Part shown: positions 1 to 11,200 of the stretch, one piece after another | Position numbering within the stretch: position 1 is the first letter of the stretch | Layout: every line of letters begins with the position of its first letter | Notes under the pieces: generated by a model | The model's database searches: none | What the model was told of the DNA's origin: nothing | The model's input: the letters and a program-made list of their open reading frames with translations, nothing else | DNA from: an uncultured virus (IMG/VR IMGVR_UViG_3300025585_000041) | Taxonomy: Duplodnaviria; Heunggongvirae; Uroviricota; Caudoviricetes | Reading direction: 5' to 3' (one strand) | DNA length: 64,000 nt | IMG/VR virus record: IMGVR_UViG_3300025585_000041 | Location: 1-64,000 of that record | Program-made: the position numbers and the translations under genes

Positions 1-1
1 A

Positions 2-259
2 AATGGTCAGACATTCGGTGGAGCACGTACAACACGTGTTCTCGGAATTGACGTACAAGAAGTTCCTTACTATCCAGATGGATATGTCGATTTGACATTC
101 CCTCAGAACCGTGTATGGGGCTTCCAGCGAGACATCGTTGTAAACCGTGAATACAAGGCAAAGAAGGATACAATTGAGTATACCGTCTTCGTTCGTTTTG
201 GTATTCAATGGGAAGAAGAAGATGCAATCGTCTGGGCCGATGCTGCTGCAGATGCATAA
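2..259 (+). CDS. Major capsid protein, C-terminal part (5' truncated by window)
   Basis: My translation: NGQTFGGARTTRVLGIDVQEVPYYPDGYVDLTFPQNRVWGFQRDIVVNREYKAKKDTIEYTVFVRFGIQWEEEDAIVWADAAADA*. Resembles an HK97-fold capsid C-terminus; biased codons, followed by a terminator and head-tail genes. Confidence 0.8.
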   Translation, partial: NGQTFGGARTTRVLGIDVQEVPYYPDGYVDLTFPQNRVWGFQRDIVVNREYKAKKDTIEYTVFVRFGIQWEEEDAIVWADAAADA

Positions 260-279
260 TCTGTAAGTACATCCCTTTT

Positions 280-320
280 GAGAGGGGGTAGGGGACAATC
301 TCCTCCCCCTCTTATTTTTA
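280..320 (+). terminator. Intrinsic terminator after capsid gene
   Basis: AGAGGGGG-TAGGGGA-caa-TCTCCT-CCCCCTCT hairpin followed by TATTTTT. Confidence 0.8.
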
Positions 321-353
321 TATTCTGTTATAATATCTACATAGGAGGTATAT

Positions 354-830
354 ATGTCTGAAGAAAATAATGAACAAGATTTTTCTTTTAATGAAAATAC
401 ACAACCAACAGAACCAGTAATTCAAAATGAGGAGCCTGTAGTAGAACAAACTGCGGTGGAGCAAGTTGCTGAAGAACTTAATGTTACTGCAACTATTTCT
501 GCTCCAGAAGAACCAAAGCCAGCAGAAAACATAATTACAGCACCATCTTTCGGAGGTAATTCTGATGTCCCAGGAATGGGATTGGTTGCAGAGGGAGTCA
601 TCGGATCTACATCTGTTACTCCTAAGAAGCAAGAAGAAAAGTCTAACAAGAAGAAAGTAAAAGAAGAAACAGTCGCTATCTTTTCAACACGAAATGTATC
701 TTGGCCAGAAGTTGGCAAGGTATATCGTGGATATAACATTGTTTCAAAGTCTGCTGCTGATAAGTGGCTTACACGTGATCATATAAGAATTGCTACACCA
801 GAAGAAGTGGCAAGGGAATTTGGTCGATAA
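354..830 (+). CDS. Hypothetical virion-module protein (acidic Glu/Pro-rich N-terminus, small C-terminal domain)
   Basis: AGGAGG RBS; lies between capsid and adaptor genes. Confidence 0.7.
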   Translation: MSEENNEQDFSFNENTQPTEPVIQNEEPVVEQTAVEQVAEELNVTATISAPEEPKPAENIITAPSFGGNSDVPGMGLVAEGVIGSTSVTPKKQEEKSNKKKVKEETVAIFSTRNVSWPEVGKVYRGYNIVSKSAADKWLTRDHIRIATPEEVAREFGR

Positions 831-832
831 GC

Positions 833-1753
833 ATGGAAGTATTGAGAGTTCCACCCTATCCTCTAGTAACAACGTGGGATTTGCCTATAGCAAATTATGA
901 ATACATTGTTTATGTTGAGGATTTGGTGGATCACTCAGTAGAAGAGTCAAATATTTTTTCTGATGCAAATAAAAAATTAGTTTATCAATTACCACTTGAA
1001 AAAGTACAATTTGATCGTGACTTTTTAATTAGATTTTATGATACAGAACACGAACATATTCTTTACGAAAGTAATTTATCAATAATAAGACCATATGTAA
1101 ATCCATCAGATATGGCACAAACAGCAACTGAAATTAAAGAATATCAGATGTACGAACTTATAGCAAGATCTATAATTGATACTTATGTGGGTGATGGTTT
1201 TTATAATCATAAACTAGTAATGAATACTTCTGGAAATGGTGCAGATTATTTTCCAATATGGCATGACTTTAACAGAGTTTTAAAAGTTTATGAAAATGAT
1301 ATTTTAGTATATGATATTGATAACCCAGAAAATTATGAATTTGAGTATAAAGTTTTATTAGATAATTCTGCAATATATAAAGTTGAAACAGCAACTGTTG
1401 GACAAGAAAAAAATAGAAGAGAAAATGATTTAACAAAAATTTCTACAGCACATGGAGATTTAGGATATGTTGCTTATTCTCCAACAGACTTTCCAAGAGG
1501 GTTTGATTACACTTTTATTTTAGATGTTGGATATCGTGCAGTACCAGCAGATGTAGAAGTTGCAACAAAAATGCTTATTGAAGATATAAAGTGTGGCAAA
1601 TTAGACTATTATACAAGATATATATCTGCTTACAATACAGATCAATTTAGAATTCAATTTGATAAAGGTATGATGTCTGGTACTGGAAATATGGTAGTAG
1701 ATAAAATTTTAGATAAATATGTCAAGACAATAACTAAGCCAGGAGTTTTATAA
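833..1753 (+). CDS. Putative head-to-tail adaptor
   Basis: Position; C-terminal GY..VP.DVE.AT..LIED and VDKILDKY motifs typical of adaptors. Confidence 0.6.
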   Translation: MEVLRVPPYPLVTTWDLPIANYEYIVYVEDLVDHSVEESNIFSDANKKLVYQLPLEKVQFDRDFLIRFYDTEHEHILYESNLSIIRPYVNPSDMAQTATEIKEYQMYELIARSIIDTYVGDGFYNHKLVMNTSGNGADYFPIWHDFNRVLKVYENDILVYDIDNPENYEFEYKVLLDNSAIYKVETATVGQEKNRRENDLTKISTAHGDLGYVAYSPTDFPRGFDYTFILDVGYRAVPADVEVATKMLIEDIKCGKLDYYTRYISAYNTDQFRIQFDKGMMSGTGNMVVDKILDKYVKTITKPGVL

Positions 1754-2199
1754 TGATTTGCGAGGAACCAGACTTCGCTTTTCCCATGCAGGCAGACATA
1801 TACCATCCAATAGTTGAACAAGGTGCATATGGAAATGTTAAGAAAACTTGGATCTTAGATAGAACAATTGCATGTTCTTTTGCAGCAGCAGGAACTGCAT
1901 TTAAAGAAGAAATAACACCAAATATAAATATAACACAAGAAAAATTACTTTTGGGAAGATGTAAAACAGATGTCCGCATATCTAGTATTAATGCAAAAAA
2001 TACAATTACAAATGTTATTATTACAAATATTAAAGATAAAAACTGTAATGAAATATATACTGAAACATCTGGTCCACGTGCAGGCAAGTCTACAATATTT
2101 GAAATAGCAACACAAGAACCATTTGCTGGCCCATTTGGTAATGTAGAGTATTACAAACTTATATTGCGTAGATCAGAAAACCAGGCGGTAGATGTATGA
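1753..2199 (+). CDS. Putative head-to-tail stopper
   Basis: Position, size, beta-rich sequence; TAATG overlap. Confidence 0.55.
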   Translation: MICEEPDFAFPMQADIYHPIVEQGAYGNVKKTWILDRTIACSFAAAGTAFKEEITPNINITQEKLLLGRCKTDVRISSINAKNTITNVIITNIKDKNCNEIYTETSGPRAGKSTIFEIATQEPFAGPFGNVEYYKLILRRSENQAVDV

Positions 2200-2870
2200 T
2201 AGTTGCATTCAACACTACTGCATTTCGTAAAGATATGAAAAATATTATAGATTATTCTATAGGATATGTTGATGGAATACAAGGTGGCAAAAAAGCATTT
2301 TTGAGTACACTTGGTATAGAAACAGTAGAATTAATGAAAGAGTATATAGATTCTAATGCTAGGGTTAATCCAGAAATGTTACATCATGTTTATGAATGGT
2401 ATCAAACAGGAAGTCCTAATGCAAGATTATATGATATTCAATATACAGCAAGTAATGTAGGACTTTCTTTTAGGTCAACTTTTAAACAATCTACATCAAT
2501 TAAAAATGGATCACGTGTTCCTTTTTATGATAAAGCAAGAATTATGGAACAAGGAATACCAGTAACGATTCGTCCAGTAAGAGCACAGGCTTTAGCATTT
2601 GAAGTTGATGGAGAAGAAATTTTTACAAGACAGCCTGTAGAGGTTTTAAATCCTGGAGGAACTGCAGTTCAGGGTGGTTTTGAAAAAATATTTGATTCAT
2701 TTTTTAATAGGTTTTTTACACAAGCATTCTTAAGAATTAGTGGTATTGCAAACTATTTAGAAAATCCTACATCATATAAGAAAAATTTAAATGCTGGTAA
2801 AAAAGGTGGAAAAGCAAAAGGATATGAAACAGGATATCGTTGGATTGCAAATGCGGGAGTGATTAAATAA
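2196..2870 (+). CDS. Putative neck/tail completion protein
   Basis: Position in head-tail module; ATGA overlap. Confidence 0.5.
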   Translation: MIVAFNTTAFRKDMKNIIDYSIGYVDGIQGGKKAFLSTLGIETVELMKEYIDSNARVNPEMLHHVYEWYQTGSPNARLYDIQYTASNVGLSFRSTFKQSTSIKNGSRVPFYDKARIMEQGIPVTIRPVRAQALAFEVDGEEIFTRQPVEVLNPGGTAVQGGFEKIFDSFFNRFFTQAFLRISGIANYLENPTSYKKNLNAGKKGGKAKGYETGYRWIANAGVIK

Positions 2871-3376
2871 TGGCAATATATTACCCACCAATATTTATTA
2901 ATGAATATCTAAAGGATAAACTTCCTATGTCTGGAAAAGAAACAATACCATTTTTTCCATCAATGCCAACAGACTTACACTCATTAACGGAGTCATTTCC
3001 AGATGGTATGTTTGCTGTTTTTGATAGAATGTTTAAAATGCGTCGTGGACCATTTCCACATATTAAATGTGAGCAATTGTTATATTATTTTTATAAAATA
3101 GATGGAGATCCAGAATTACTAATAGAGCATACTCAAAGAGTGCAGGATTTGTTAGATAATGCAGACGAATCAGCACAAGAGTTAAATAGATGGATAGACC
3201 AAAGACTAACAAATGAAGGTAAGTTTGTCGTGGCAGATAAAGAATTTTTACCAGTATATTTTCACAATATTAAGGTATATCAACTCGAAGAAACCAGGGA
3301 TATCATAGATTTTGGAACAGCCAGAACATTTGCTGGCAATAAACTAATAATAGACTATGACTGGCATAAATCTTAA
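2870..3376 (+). CDS. Putative tail terminator protein
   Basis: Immediately upstream of major tail gene; size. Confidence 0.5.
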   Translation: MAIYYPPIFINEYLKDKLPMSGKETIPFFPSMPTDLHSLTESFPDGMFAVFDRMFKMRRGPFPHIKCEQLLYYFYKIDGDPELLIEHTQRVQDLLDNADESAQELNRWIDQRLTNEGKFVVADKEFLPVYFHNIKVYQLEETRDIIDFGTARTFAGNKLIIDYDWHKS

Positions 3377-3448
3377 AATAAGGCTGTATACTTATCAATG
3401 AGGAAACACGCCTTTTAATTTCTAGAAAAATAAAGAGGTGAAATATAA

Positions 3449-4072
3449 ATGGCTCTAGGTAATAGTACTAATATTATCGTTGGTGCAGCCCAGGTTTTTG
3501 TTCATGACGGACCATTAGCCTTGGGTGGAAATCCAACCCCAGTATCTGGCGAAGCATATGTTGCGACACTTGATGACACAGCAGGCTTTGAATCGGTTGG
3601 ATATACAATGAATGGTTTGGAACTACAGTTCCAGCCAGACTTTGGTGAGGTTGCTGTTGATCAGATCCTTGACGTTGCTAAACTTTTTAAGCAAGGCATG
3701 CAAGTAAATCTAAACACAACATTTGCTGAAGCCACATTGGAAAATCTTCTTATTGCTGTTGCTGGTGGTCCTGGAGACCTTACTGGTGACAAGGGTACAT
3801 CAAATGGCCAGGTCTTTAATATTAAATCAGGTAATCTTGGCGAATGCCCAGTAGAACGTGGTTTAGTAGCAGTAGGTCCTGGAACAGGTGATTGCGAAGA
3901 AGGTTCCAACAAGGAAAGAATCTATGTTGCATATCGTGCACTCTCAATTGAGAATGTAACTGTGTCTGCAAAGCGTGATGAGGCTACAATGTTTGAAGTT
4001 TCATTCCGTTTGCTACCAGAAGATTCAACAGGTTCATACGGTAAGATCATTGATCGCACTGTAACTCCATAA
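3449..4072 (+). CDS. Major tail (tube) protein
   Basis: VGYTMNGLELQFQPDFGEVAVDQ...TTFAEATLENL pattern; GAGGTG RBS; terminator follows. Confidence 0.8.
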   Translation: MALGNSTNIIVGAAQVFVHDGPLALGGNPTPVSGEAYVATLDDTAGFESVGYTMNGLELQFQPDFGEVAVDQILDVAKLFKQGMQVNLNTTFAEATLENLLIAVAGGPGDLTGDKGTSNGQVFNIKSGNLGECPVERGLVAVGPGTGDCEEGSNKERIYVAYRALSIENVTVSAKRDEATMFEVSFRLLPEDSTGSYGKIIDRTVTP

Positions 4073-4085
4073 TACAACTTAATAA

Positions 4086-4130
4086 AACGGATAGCCCAGT
4101 CATATTTGAAAAGGCTGGGCTTTTCTGTTT
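4086..4130 (+). terminator. Intrinsic terminator after major tail gene
   Basis: AGCCCAGTC (4093-4101) / GGCTGGGCT (4113-4121) stem plus T-rich tail. Confidence 0.8.
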
Positions 4131-4138
4131 GCTATAAT
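4130..4138 (+). promoter_or_regulatory. Extended -10 promoter, probably leaderless transcript
   Basis: TGCTATAAT 6 nt before ATG 4145; no SD. Confidence 0.65.
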
Positions 4139-4144
4139 AAATAC

Positions 4145-4831
4145 ATGGCTACCGAAATATATAATAGTGGATATGTTGAATTAATTGATGGAACAGAAAT
4201 ATATGTTACCCCACTAAAAATAAAATATCTTCGTTTATTTATGGAACAGTTTGAAAATGTTAAAAAGTCAAAAAGTGATGAAGAGGCTATTTCAGAATTA
4301 GCAAAATGTGCATTAATCTGCATGAAACAATATTATCCAAATATTAAAACAATAGAAGAACTTGAAGATAATATAGATATTAAAACAATTTATAAAGTAT
4401 TAGATATTGCTGCGGGAATTAAAATAGATAAAGAATCCCAAGAAAAAATAAAAGATCAAGCAACAGAAAGTCCAGGCGCTTCATGGGATAAACTCGATTT
4501 GGTCAAACTTGAGGCAGAGGTATTTTTGCTCGGTATTTGGAAAGACTATGAAGAACTAGAAACATCAATGTCTATGCCAGAATTAACAGAAACCTTAAAT
4601 ATAAAAAGAGAGTTAGATTATTCAGATAAAAAGTTTTATGCTGCAATTCAAGGTGTAGATTTAGATAAAAATACTAAAAAGTCAAATGCTTGGGAAGATA
4701 TGAAAGCAAGAGTATTTAGTAAAGGTAAGGCATCAGACTCAAGAGATGTTCTTTCACTTCAAGGAATAAATGCTAGTCAGGCTGGATTTGGTATTGGCAT
4801 GGGGCTAGAGTATGAAGAAATAAAAGATTAA
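4145..4831 (+). CDS. Tail assembly chaperone, long (GT-like) form
   Basis: Between tail tube and tape measure; N-terminal half aligns by eye with 4881..5207. Start moved from TTG 4106 (inside terminator loop) to ATG 4145. Confidence 0.7.
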   Translation: MATEIYNSGYVELIDGTEIYVTPLKIKYLRLFMEQFENVKKSKSDEEAISELAKCALICMKQYYPNIKTIEELEDNIDIKTIYKVLDIAAGIKIDKESQEKIKDQATESPGASWDKLDLVKLEAEVFLLGIWKDYEELETSMSMPELTETLNIKRELDYSDKKFYAAIQGVDLDKNTKKSNAWEDMKARVFSKGKASDSRDVLSLQGINASQAGFGIGMGLEYEEIKD

Positions 4832-4846
4832 AAATAAAAGCCATTG

Positions 4847-4855
4847 TGGTATAAT
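4847..4855 (+). promoter_or_regulatory. Extended -10 promoter
   Basis: TGGTATAAT in intergenic gap, upstream of AGGAGG (4871-4876). Confidence 0.65.
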
Positions 4856-4880
4856 TAATTCAACCTTATAAGGAGGAATA

Positions 4881-5207
4881 ATGGCTACAACTGTGCATGA
4901 AGCAAAAGAAATCGTTCTTATTGACGGCACAAAGATAAAAGTAAGACCACTGAAGATATCTCTTCTTCGTCCATTTATGAAGAAGTTCGAAGGTATTGCA
5001 GCAGTGGCAGAAGATAATGAAAAATCAATGACTCTTCTTATGGAATGTGTAGCAATTGCTATGCAGCAATATAAGCCAGAGTTGTCAGAAGATCTTGCTG
5101 CTCTTGAAGAGAATTTGGATCTTCCTACAGTTTACAAAATCGTTGAAGAGGCTTCAGGAATTAAGTTAACAGAAGCCAGTCTTATCGGCGGACTTGCAAA
5201 CGTATAA
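4881..5207 (+). CDS. Tail assembly chaperone, short (G-like) form
   Basis: 108 aa, directly before tape measure, strong SD, paralog of the preceding gene. Confidence 0.75.
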   Translation: MATTVHEAKEIVLIDGTKIKVRPLKISLLRPFMKKFEGIAAVAEDNEKSMTLLMECVAIAMQQYKPELSEDLAALEENLDLPTVYKIVEEASGIKLTEASLIGGLANV

Positions 5208-5236
5208 AAAATAAATATAAATAGAGGTGTAATGGA

Positions 5237-8200
5237 ATGGCTGATGTTCAATCGAATATTCATGTAAATATCGATACGTCTGAAGCATTAGCCAGCATAA
5301 AACTTTTACAGAAGCAGATATCAGCCTTCCATACATCTATGGCGAAGAGTGGCGCAGCAGCGTCAGCAGTCTCCGCCAATATGCAACAAAATTTAATCAA
5401 CTCACTTAATGCTTCTGGTAAATGGTCTGCTTCTATGCGGACTGTTAAAACTACAACAGAATCTTTTACAAATGCTCTTGAAAAAAACAAACTTTCAATG
5501 CGAGATTACTATCGCTATTCAATGGGTGCTACAAAAACTTTCGGAAGATTATTTTCATCAGAATTTGATACCATAAGTAAGGTCGCACGTGAACGTGTCA
5601 AAGATTTACAAACTCAGTATATTAAATTAGGTAGAGATGCTAATGGGGCAATGAGAGCAATTGCTATTAGACCATTGGCTCTTGATATGCAAAACTATGG
5701 AACTCAAACTGCAATAGCATCACAAAGACAAGCATTGCTTAATCAGTTAATGAAGCAAGGCGCAACAAATATGCTTAACTTTGGTAAAAATACACAATGG
5801 GCTGGTCGTCAGTTAATGGTAGGCTTTACAATACCACTAACATACCTTGGAACTGCTGCTGCTAAAACTTTTATGCAATTAGAAGAACAGGCTATTAGAT
5901 TTAAACGTGTTTATGGAGAAATGTTTACTACTGGTGCAGAAACTGAAAAAATGCTTTCAGACATTCAAATACTTGCTAAACAATTTACAAAGTATGGTGT
6001 TGCTGTTGAAAAGACAATGGAGATGGCAGCCACTGCAGCAGCACAAGGCAAGATGGGTGCTGAACTGCTTGCACAGGTTAATGAAGCAACAAGATTATCT
6101 GTTTTAGGTGGCGTAGAACAAGAGCAATCTTTAGAAACTACAATATCCTTAACAAATGCTTTTGGATTGTCTGCAGAAAAATTAGCACAAAAAATTAACT
6201 TTTTAAACGCAGTAGAAAACCAAACAGTTGTATCTATTGAAGATTTAACAGTTGCTATACCAAAGGCTGGTCCAGTTGTAAAACAACTTGGTGGAGATGT
6301 TGAAGATCTTGCATTCTTCTTAACAGCAATGAAAGAAGGTGGAATTAATGCATCAGAAGGTGCAAACGCACTTAAGTCTGGACTTGCATCGTTAATTAAT
6401 CCAACAGATAAAGCATCTCAAATGCTTGCTGATATGGGAATTAATTTAAAGGGAATTGTTGAAACAAACAAGGGCAATGTAAAACAGGTTGTATTAGATT
6501 TTGCTGCAGCACTTAATACATTAGATCCATTAAATAGAGCAAAGGCAATTGAACAATTATTTGGTAAATTTCAGTTTGCACGTTTATCAACACTATTCCA
6601 AAATGTTATTCAGCAAGGAAATCAAGCAAGTCGTGTATTAAAATTAACTCAAGCCACAACAGAAGAACTTGCTATTTTATCTGAACGAGAATTATCTAAA
6701 GTTGAAGAGTCAACTACATATAAATTTAAGAAAACAATAGAGGATTTAAAGGTTAGTTTAGCACCAGTCGGTGAGCAATTTTTAAAAGCAATAACACCTA
6801 TAGCAGAGTTTATTGGTAAGGTATTAGAAAAGTTTAATAATCTTGGTGATGGAACTAAAAAGTTTGTTGTAATTCTAACAACACTTCTTGGCGGAATAGG
6901 TCCAATATTACTTATGACCTTTGGTTTATTGGCTAACGGACTTGCAAATATTATTAAACTATTTGTTAGCATGAAATCAATATTTAATCGTGCAGGACAA
7001 TCTTCAAATACTTTAGGAGAACAAACACAATATTTAACATCAGAGCAGGCAGAAGCAGCATCTGTCGCAGCATCTTTAAATCAAATACACACAAGATTAC
7101 AGCAAACATTTACATCTGAAACATCTGCTTTAAATGCATTAATAAGCGCCTATCAAAGAGCAATTGCTGCCCAACGTGGATTTAGTGGTCCAATTATAGG
7201 TGGGGGTAAGAGGGCAAAGTTTGCAAGTGGTACAACAAAGGTAAGACCATTTTATTTTGCTAGAGGTACAGATACTGTCCCTGCAATGCTTACTCCAGGA
7301 GAAGCAGTAATCCCAGCAGGTCCAGCACAAGATCCAAGAAATAAACCAGCAATAAAACATATGATTGCTGGTGGTACTATGGAATACCTTTCAGAAGGTG
7401 TTGGTAGTGTAGTAGAAAAGAAATTAAGAAGAATTGGTAGCGGATCTGAGGGTAGGGTTGGAAAGTCTGGCACAACAGTTCCAATTCCATATAAATTAAA
7501 TGTTTCAAATTCTGGAGGTGCTGTTCCATTTACAAGTATTAATCCAGCAAGTATGGTAAATCTAACTAGCATTTATGCAAAGGATATTGCTAAGGCTGCA
7601 AAGATTTCAGTTACATCAATTAACAAAGAAATAAAAGAATGGCAAATAGCAAATAAAAAAGCAATAGATGTAGCAACAGAAGCAGTTCAAAAGGGAATTC
7701 CAGCAGAAAAAGCCTTTGGCAATTTGATGGAAAAGTTTAATGCAGATATGAAGAGGGCTGGAGGCCCAGTTAGCAAGTTTGCAGACGCTGCTAGGAAAAT
7801 GGCTCCAATGTTACAACAAGATTTAATTCAAGCACAAAATGAGGCAAGAAGACTTGGACTTAATGTAAAAAATGCTGCTGATGCAACTGCACTTGCTGGT
7901 AAGTTACCAAATAATATAGTTGCACAATCAATTACAAAGCCTGGAAACTTTCAAGGTTTATCTAAGGCCAGAGGTGCAGGAATCTCAATGTTTGGAGGTG
8001 CTGCTGGATTACCACAATATGGAATTCCTAGATTTATGCTTACTCCAGGTATTGCACCAGCATCGCCAGCATATTTAGCAGGAACTTCTCAAGAACATTT
8101 TGGTCAAACAAAACAAGAGCAGGCTGCTAGGGCTGCTAATAGAGAACAAAGAATTAAACTTCGTGTAGGAACAAATCTTGGAAAACAAACAGCACAACAT

Positions 8201-11200
8201 CTTGTAAATGGTTTAGAGCAAGGTTTAAGGGCTGAATTACAATCTGCATCTCCATCAAAAAGAATGCAAAAGATTGGTCAAGATGCTGGGCGTGGACTAA
8301 TAATAGGTGCACAAGAATATGTAGATGATGCACGAGTAGCGGGTCAGCAAATAGGTGTAGCAGCCACACAAGGTGTAATGTCACAAGCACAAATGGCAGC
8401 AGCATCACGTGCATCTTTATATGGCGGAGGCCCAATAGATGCTTCACAAAAGTCTTTACGTAGACAATTACAAAAACAAGCACGTATCGCAGAACTAGCA
8501 CAAAAGAAACCTTTATCACAATCAACAATAATGCCAATGGTTGCTGGAGCAGGAACTGCAAAGCCAACAGTTGCTGGAAAGTTTAGTAATTGGAGACAAA
8601 ATAAAATTGAACAACAAAGACTTGCAAAGGCTGAAAGAGGTTCAAGACCTGGTGTTAGCATGGGTGGAGTTGGTATGGGCCTCTCAATGGCTGCTATGGC
8701 TGGATCAATGGTCCCAGGCAAAGTTGGTGACGTATCTCAAAAATTAATGATGCCTTTAATGATGCTAACAATGATTGGGCCTATGTTACAAACCCCTATA
8801 GGAGCACTTATGGTTTCTATAGGTGCAATGGCTGCAGGAATTATTAAACTTAGAATGGAATTTGATAAGGCACAAGATTCATCAATTAAACTAAGAGAGT
8901 CTTTGTCAGCAAGCAAAGATTCAATGAGAAACCTTGCTAAATTCTCTGGCAACGTTACTGCTGGTGAAATTATGGATAGAAGAAGAGATCAGAAATTTGG
9001 ATTAGTTGGCGCAAAACCAGGAAAGACTACATTTGGAGAAGCATATGTGTCTAGTAAAGAAGGTAAAACTGTTATGGACGCAACAGTTGAATCTCTTAAA
9101 ACTCGGGGAGTTAAGGCTACTGGAGGAGATTTAACTAATCAATTAGTAAGTAGCGTATTGGCTGGAGCATTAAGTGCAGAACAAGCAAAATCAATAGCAT
9201 TAAATATTGGTCAGAAAACAGGAAATTATGGATTAGGATTTTCGGTAACTGCTCAAATAAATCAACTAATTGGACCAAATGGAGAAAATTTAGAAAAAGA
9301 TCCTTTAGAGATTAGAATGAAACTTATTGAGCAAACAGAGGGACAAAACAAACAACTATTTCAGCAAATGCAAGAAAAGGGTGGTCGTGGGGGCTTCCTT
9401 AATATGGGTGCTTTAAATCCAAATGTTGCTATGGGTGGAATGACTGCAGCAGGTGCTGGATTAGGTGCAGCAATTGGAACTGCTATATTGCCAGGTATTG
9501 GAACAATAGTTGGTACTGGTCTAGGCGCTATTGCTGGTGCAGTAGGAGGCTATTTCTCTCAAAGAGGGGCTAATGAAAGAAATGGTAAGTTATCTGGAGC
9601 AGTCGTTGCATCACAAAGAGCACAGATGGAACAACAAAAAGAAATGCTAGATTCTTTAGATTTGTATTATCAAAAGAAAATAAAAGAATTAGAAATAGAA
9701 GGAAAAATTACTGAAGCAAAAGCACTACAGAAAAAGTATGATGAAGATAGAAATAAACTTGTAGAAAAGGGTGCTCAGTTAAATAAAGATATAATGACAA
9801 ATTATGGTGCAACAAAAGGAAATGTTAGAAGCGCCATGGATACTGGTATTGATAAATTATTAACACAAAGATATAAGAATAGTGATGAAATACAATATTT
9901 GGATGCAGCAAAAACATTATTGTCAGAATCACAATTAACTAAGGAACAACAGTATTTAATAAAAGTAAAAATGTCTACTGGAGAATTAACACCTAGCCAA
10001 CAGATGTTCTTATTCAGCAACTTTGGAAATGATAAAAACGTACAGCAACAGTATATGGATATTATTACTAGATTTAGTGCTACCACTGCGGATGATGCTA
10101 CTAGAGTAATGGGAATGTTTTCAAACCCTGACGGAACCCCTAATAAAGAGTTACAAACAAAATTTTTAGCAAGCGTTGCAACTAAAAAAGATGATAAAGA
10201 AGCATCAAAGTATATAGACTTTTTTGCTGAAGTAGCAAACACAAATGGTGTATTTGACATGACAGCAATATTAAATTTCTATATGAAGAATCCAGAAATG
10301 CAAGCAAAAACACAAGAAATAATTGATAATATTGATAAAAATAAAGGTAAGTTAACTCTTGATGTAATGACTAACTTTTTACCTGAAAATGTTATGGGGT
10401 CAATTGATAAAGCATATTTTGAAAAATTATCTCAAGATGAAAGAATAACATATCTAAAAGAAATTGCTACTATTGTAAATGTTCCAGATCCAGTAATACA
10501 AGCAGATCCTGAATTTATTAAATGGCAAAAAGAAGGTGCTTTATATAATGGAGTTTCATATTCTGGAAAAAGTATTGGAGAGCAGATTGCTGCTTATAGA
10601 CAATTCCAACCATGGAAAGTAACACAAGAATCTATTGCTCAGGCTTCTGCTACTCCAGCAAAAACCACTAGTGGTGGAGGAAAGGTTGATTCATCTCCAT
10701 TAGATGACATTGTTAAAAAGTTAAGGGATGTTCGTAAAAATCAAATAAAGGTAACTGAAGGTTGGTCTGCATCAATGAAAACTTTAGATCAGTTATTTGG
10801 TGGCAAAAAAAGACTTGAAATGTTTAGCGGTATAGAGCAAGACCTGGCTAAACTTGGTGCTAAAGGTAACTTTATTGAACTCATTGTTGGCATGGATCCA
10901 AAAGAATATGAAAAAAGAAAAAATCAATTATTTAAATTTGATAATAATAATAATATTATTGGATTAAAAAAAGATGCAAAAACAATACAAGAAGCATTAA
11001 ATGCTGTAGTTGCTGGAGACTATGCTTCTCAAATGATTCAATTAAAACAAGAAATAGCAGATCAATCAGCAGCATATGATATATTAACAAAGGCTGGATT
11101 GAGTTATGCAGATACACAAGAATTAATTGCCGATAAAGCATTTGCTGCAATGATAGCATCAGAAGGTAATACAAAGGCTGCACAAAAATTAATTAAATTA

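Noticed and set aside
4106..4144. TTG start for the long tail chaperone
   Set aside because: Lies in the terminator loop; ATG 4145 matches the paralog N-terminus (MAT)
4881..5236. Programmed frameshift from the short chaperone gene
   Set aside because: Only 29 nt separate it from the tape measure, leaving no room for a T frame
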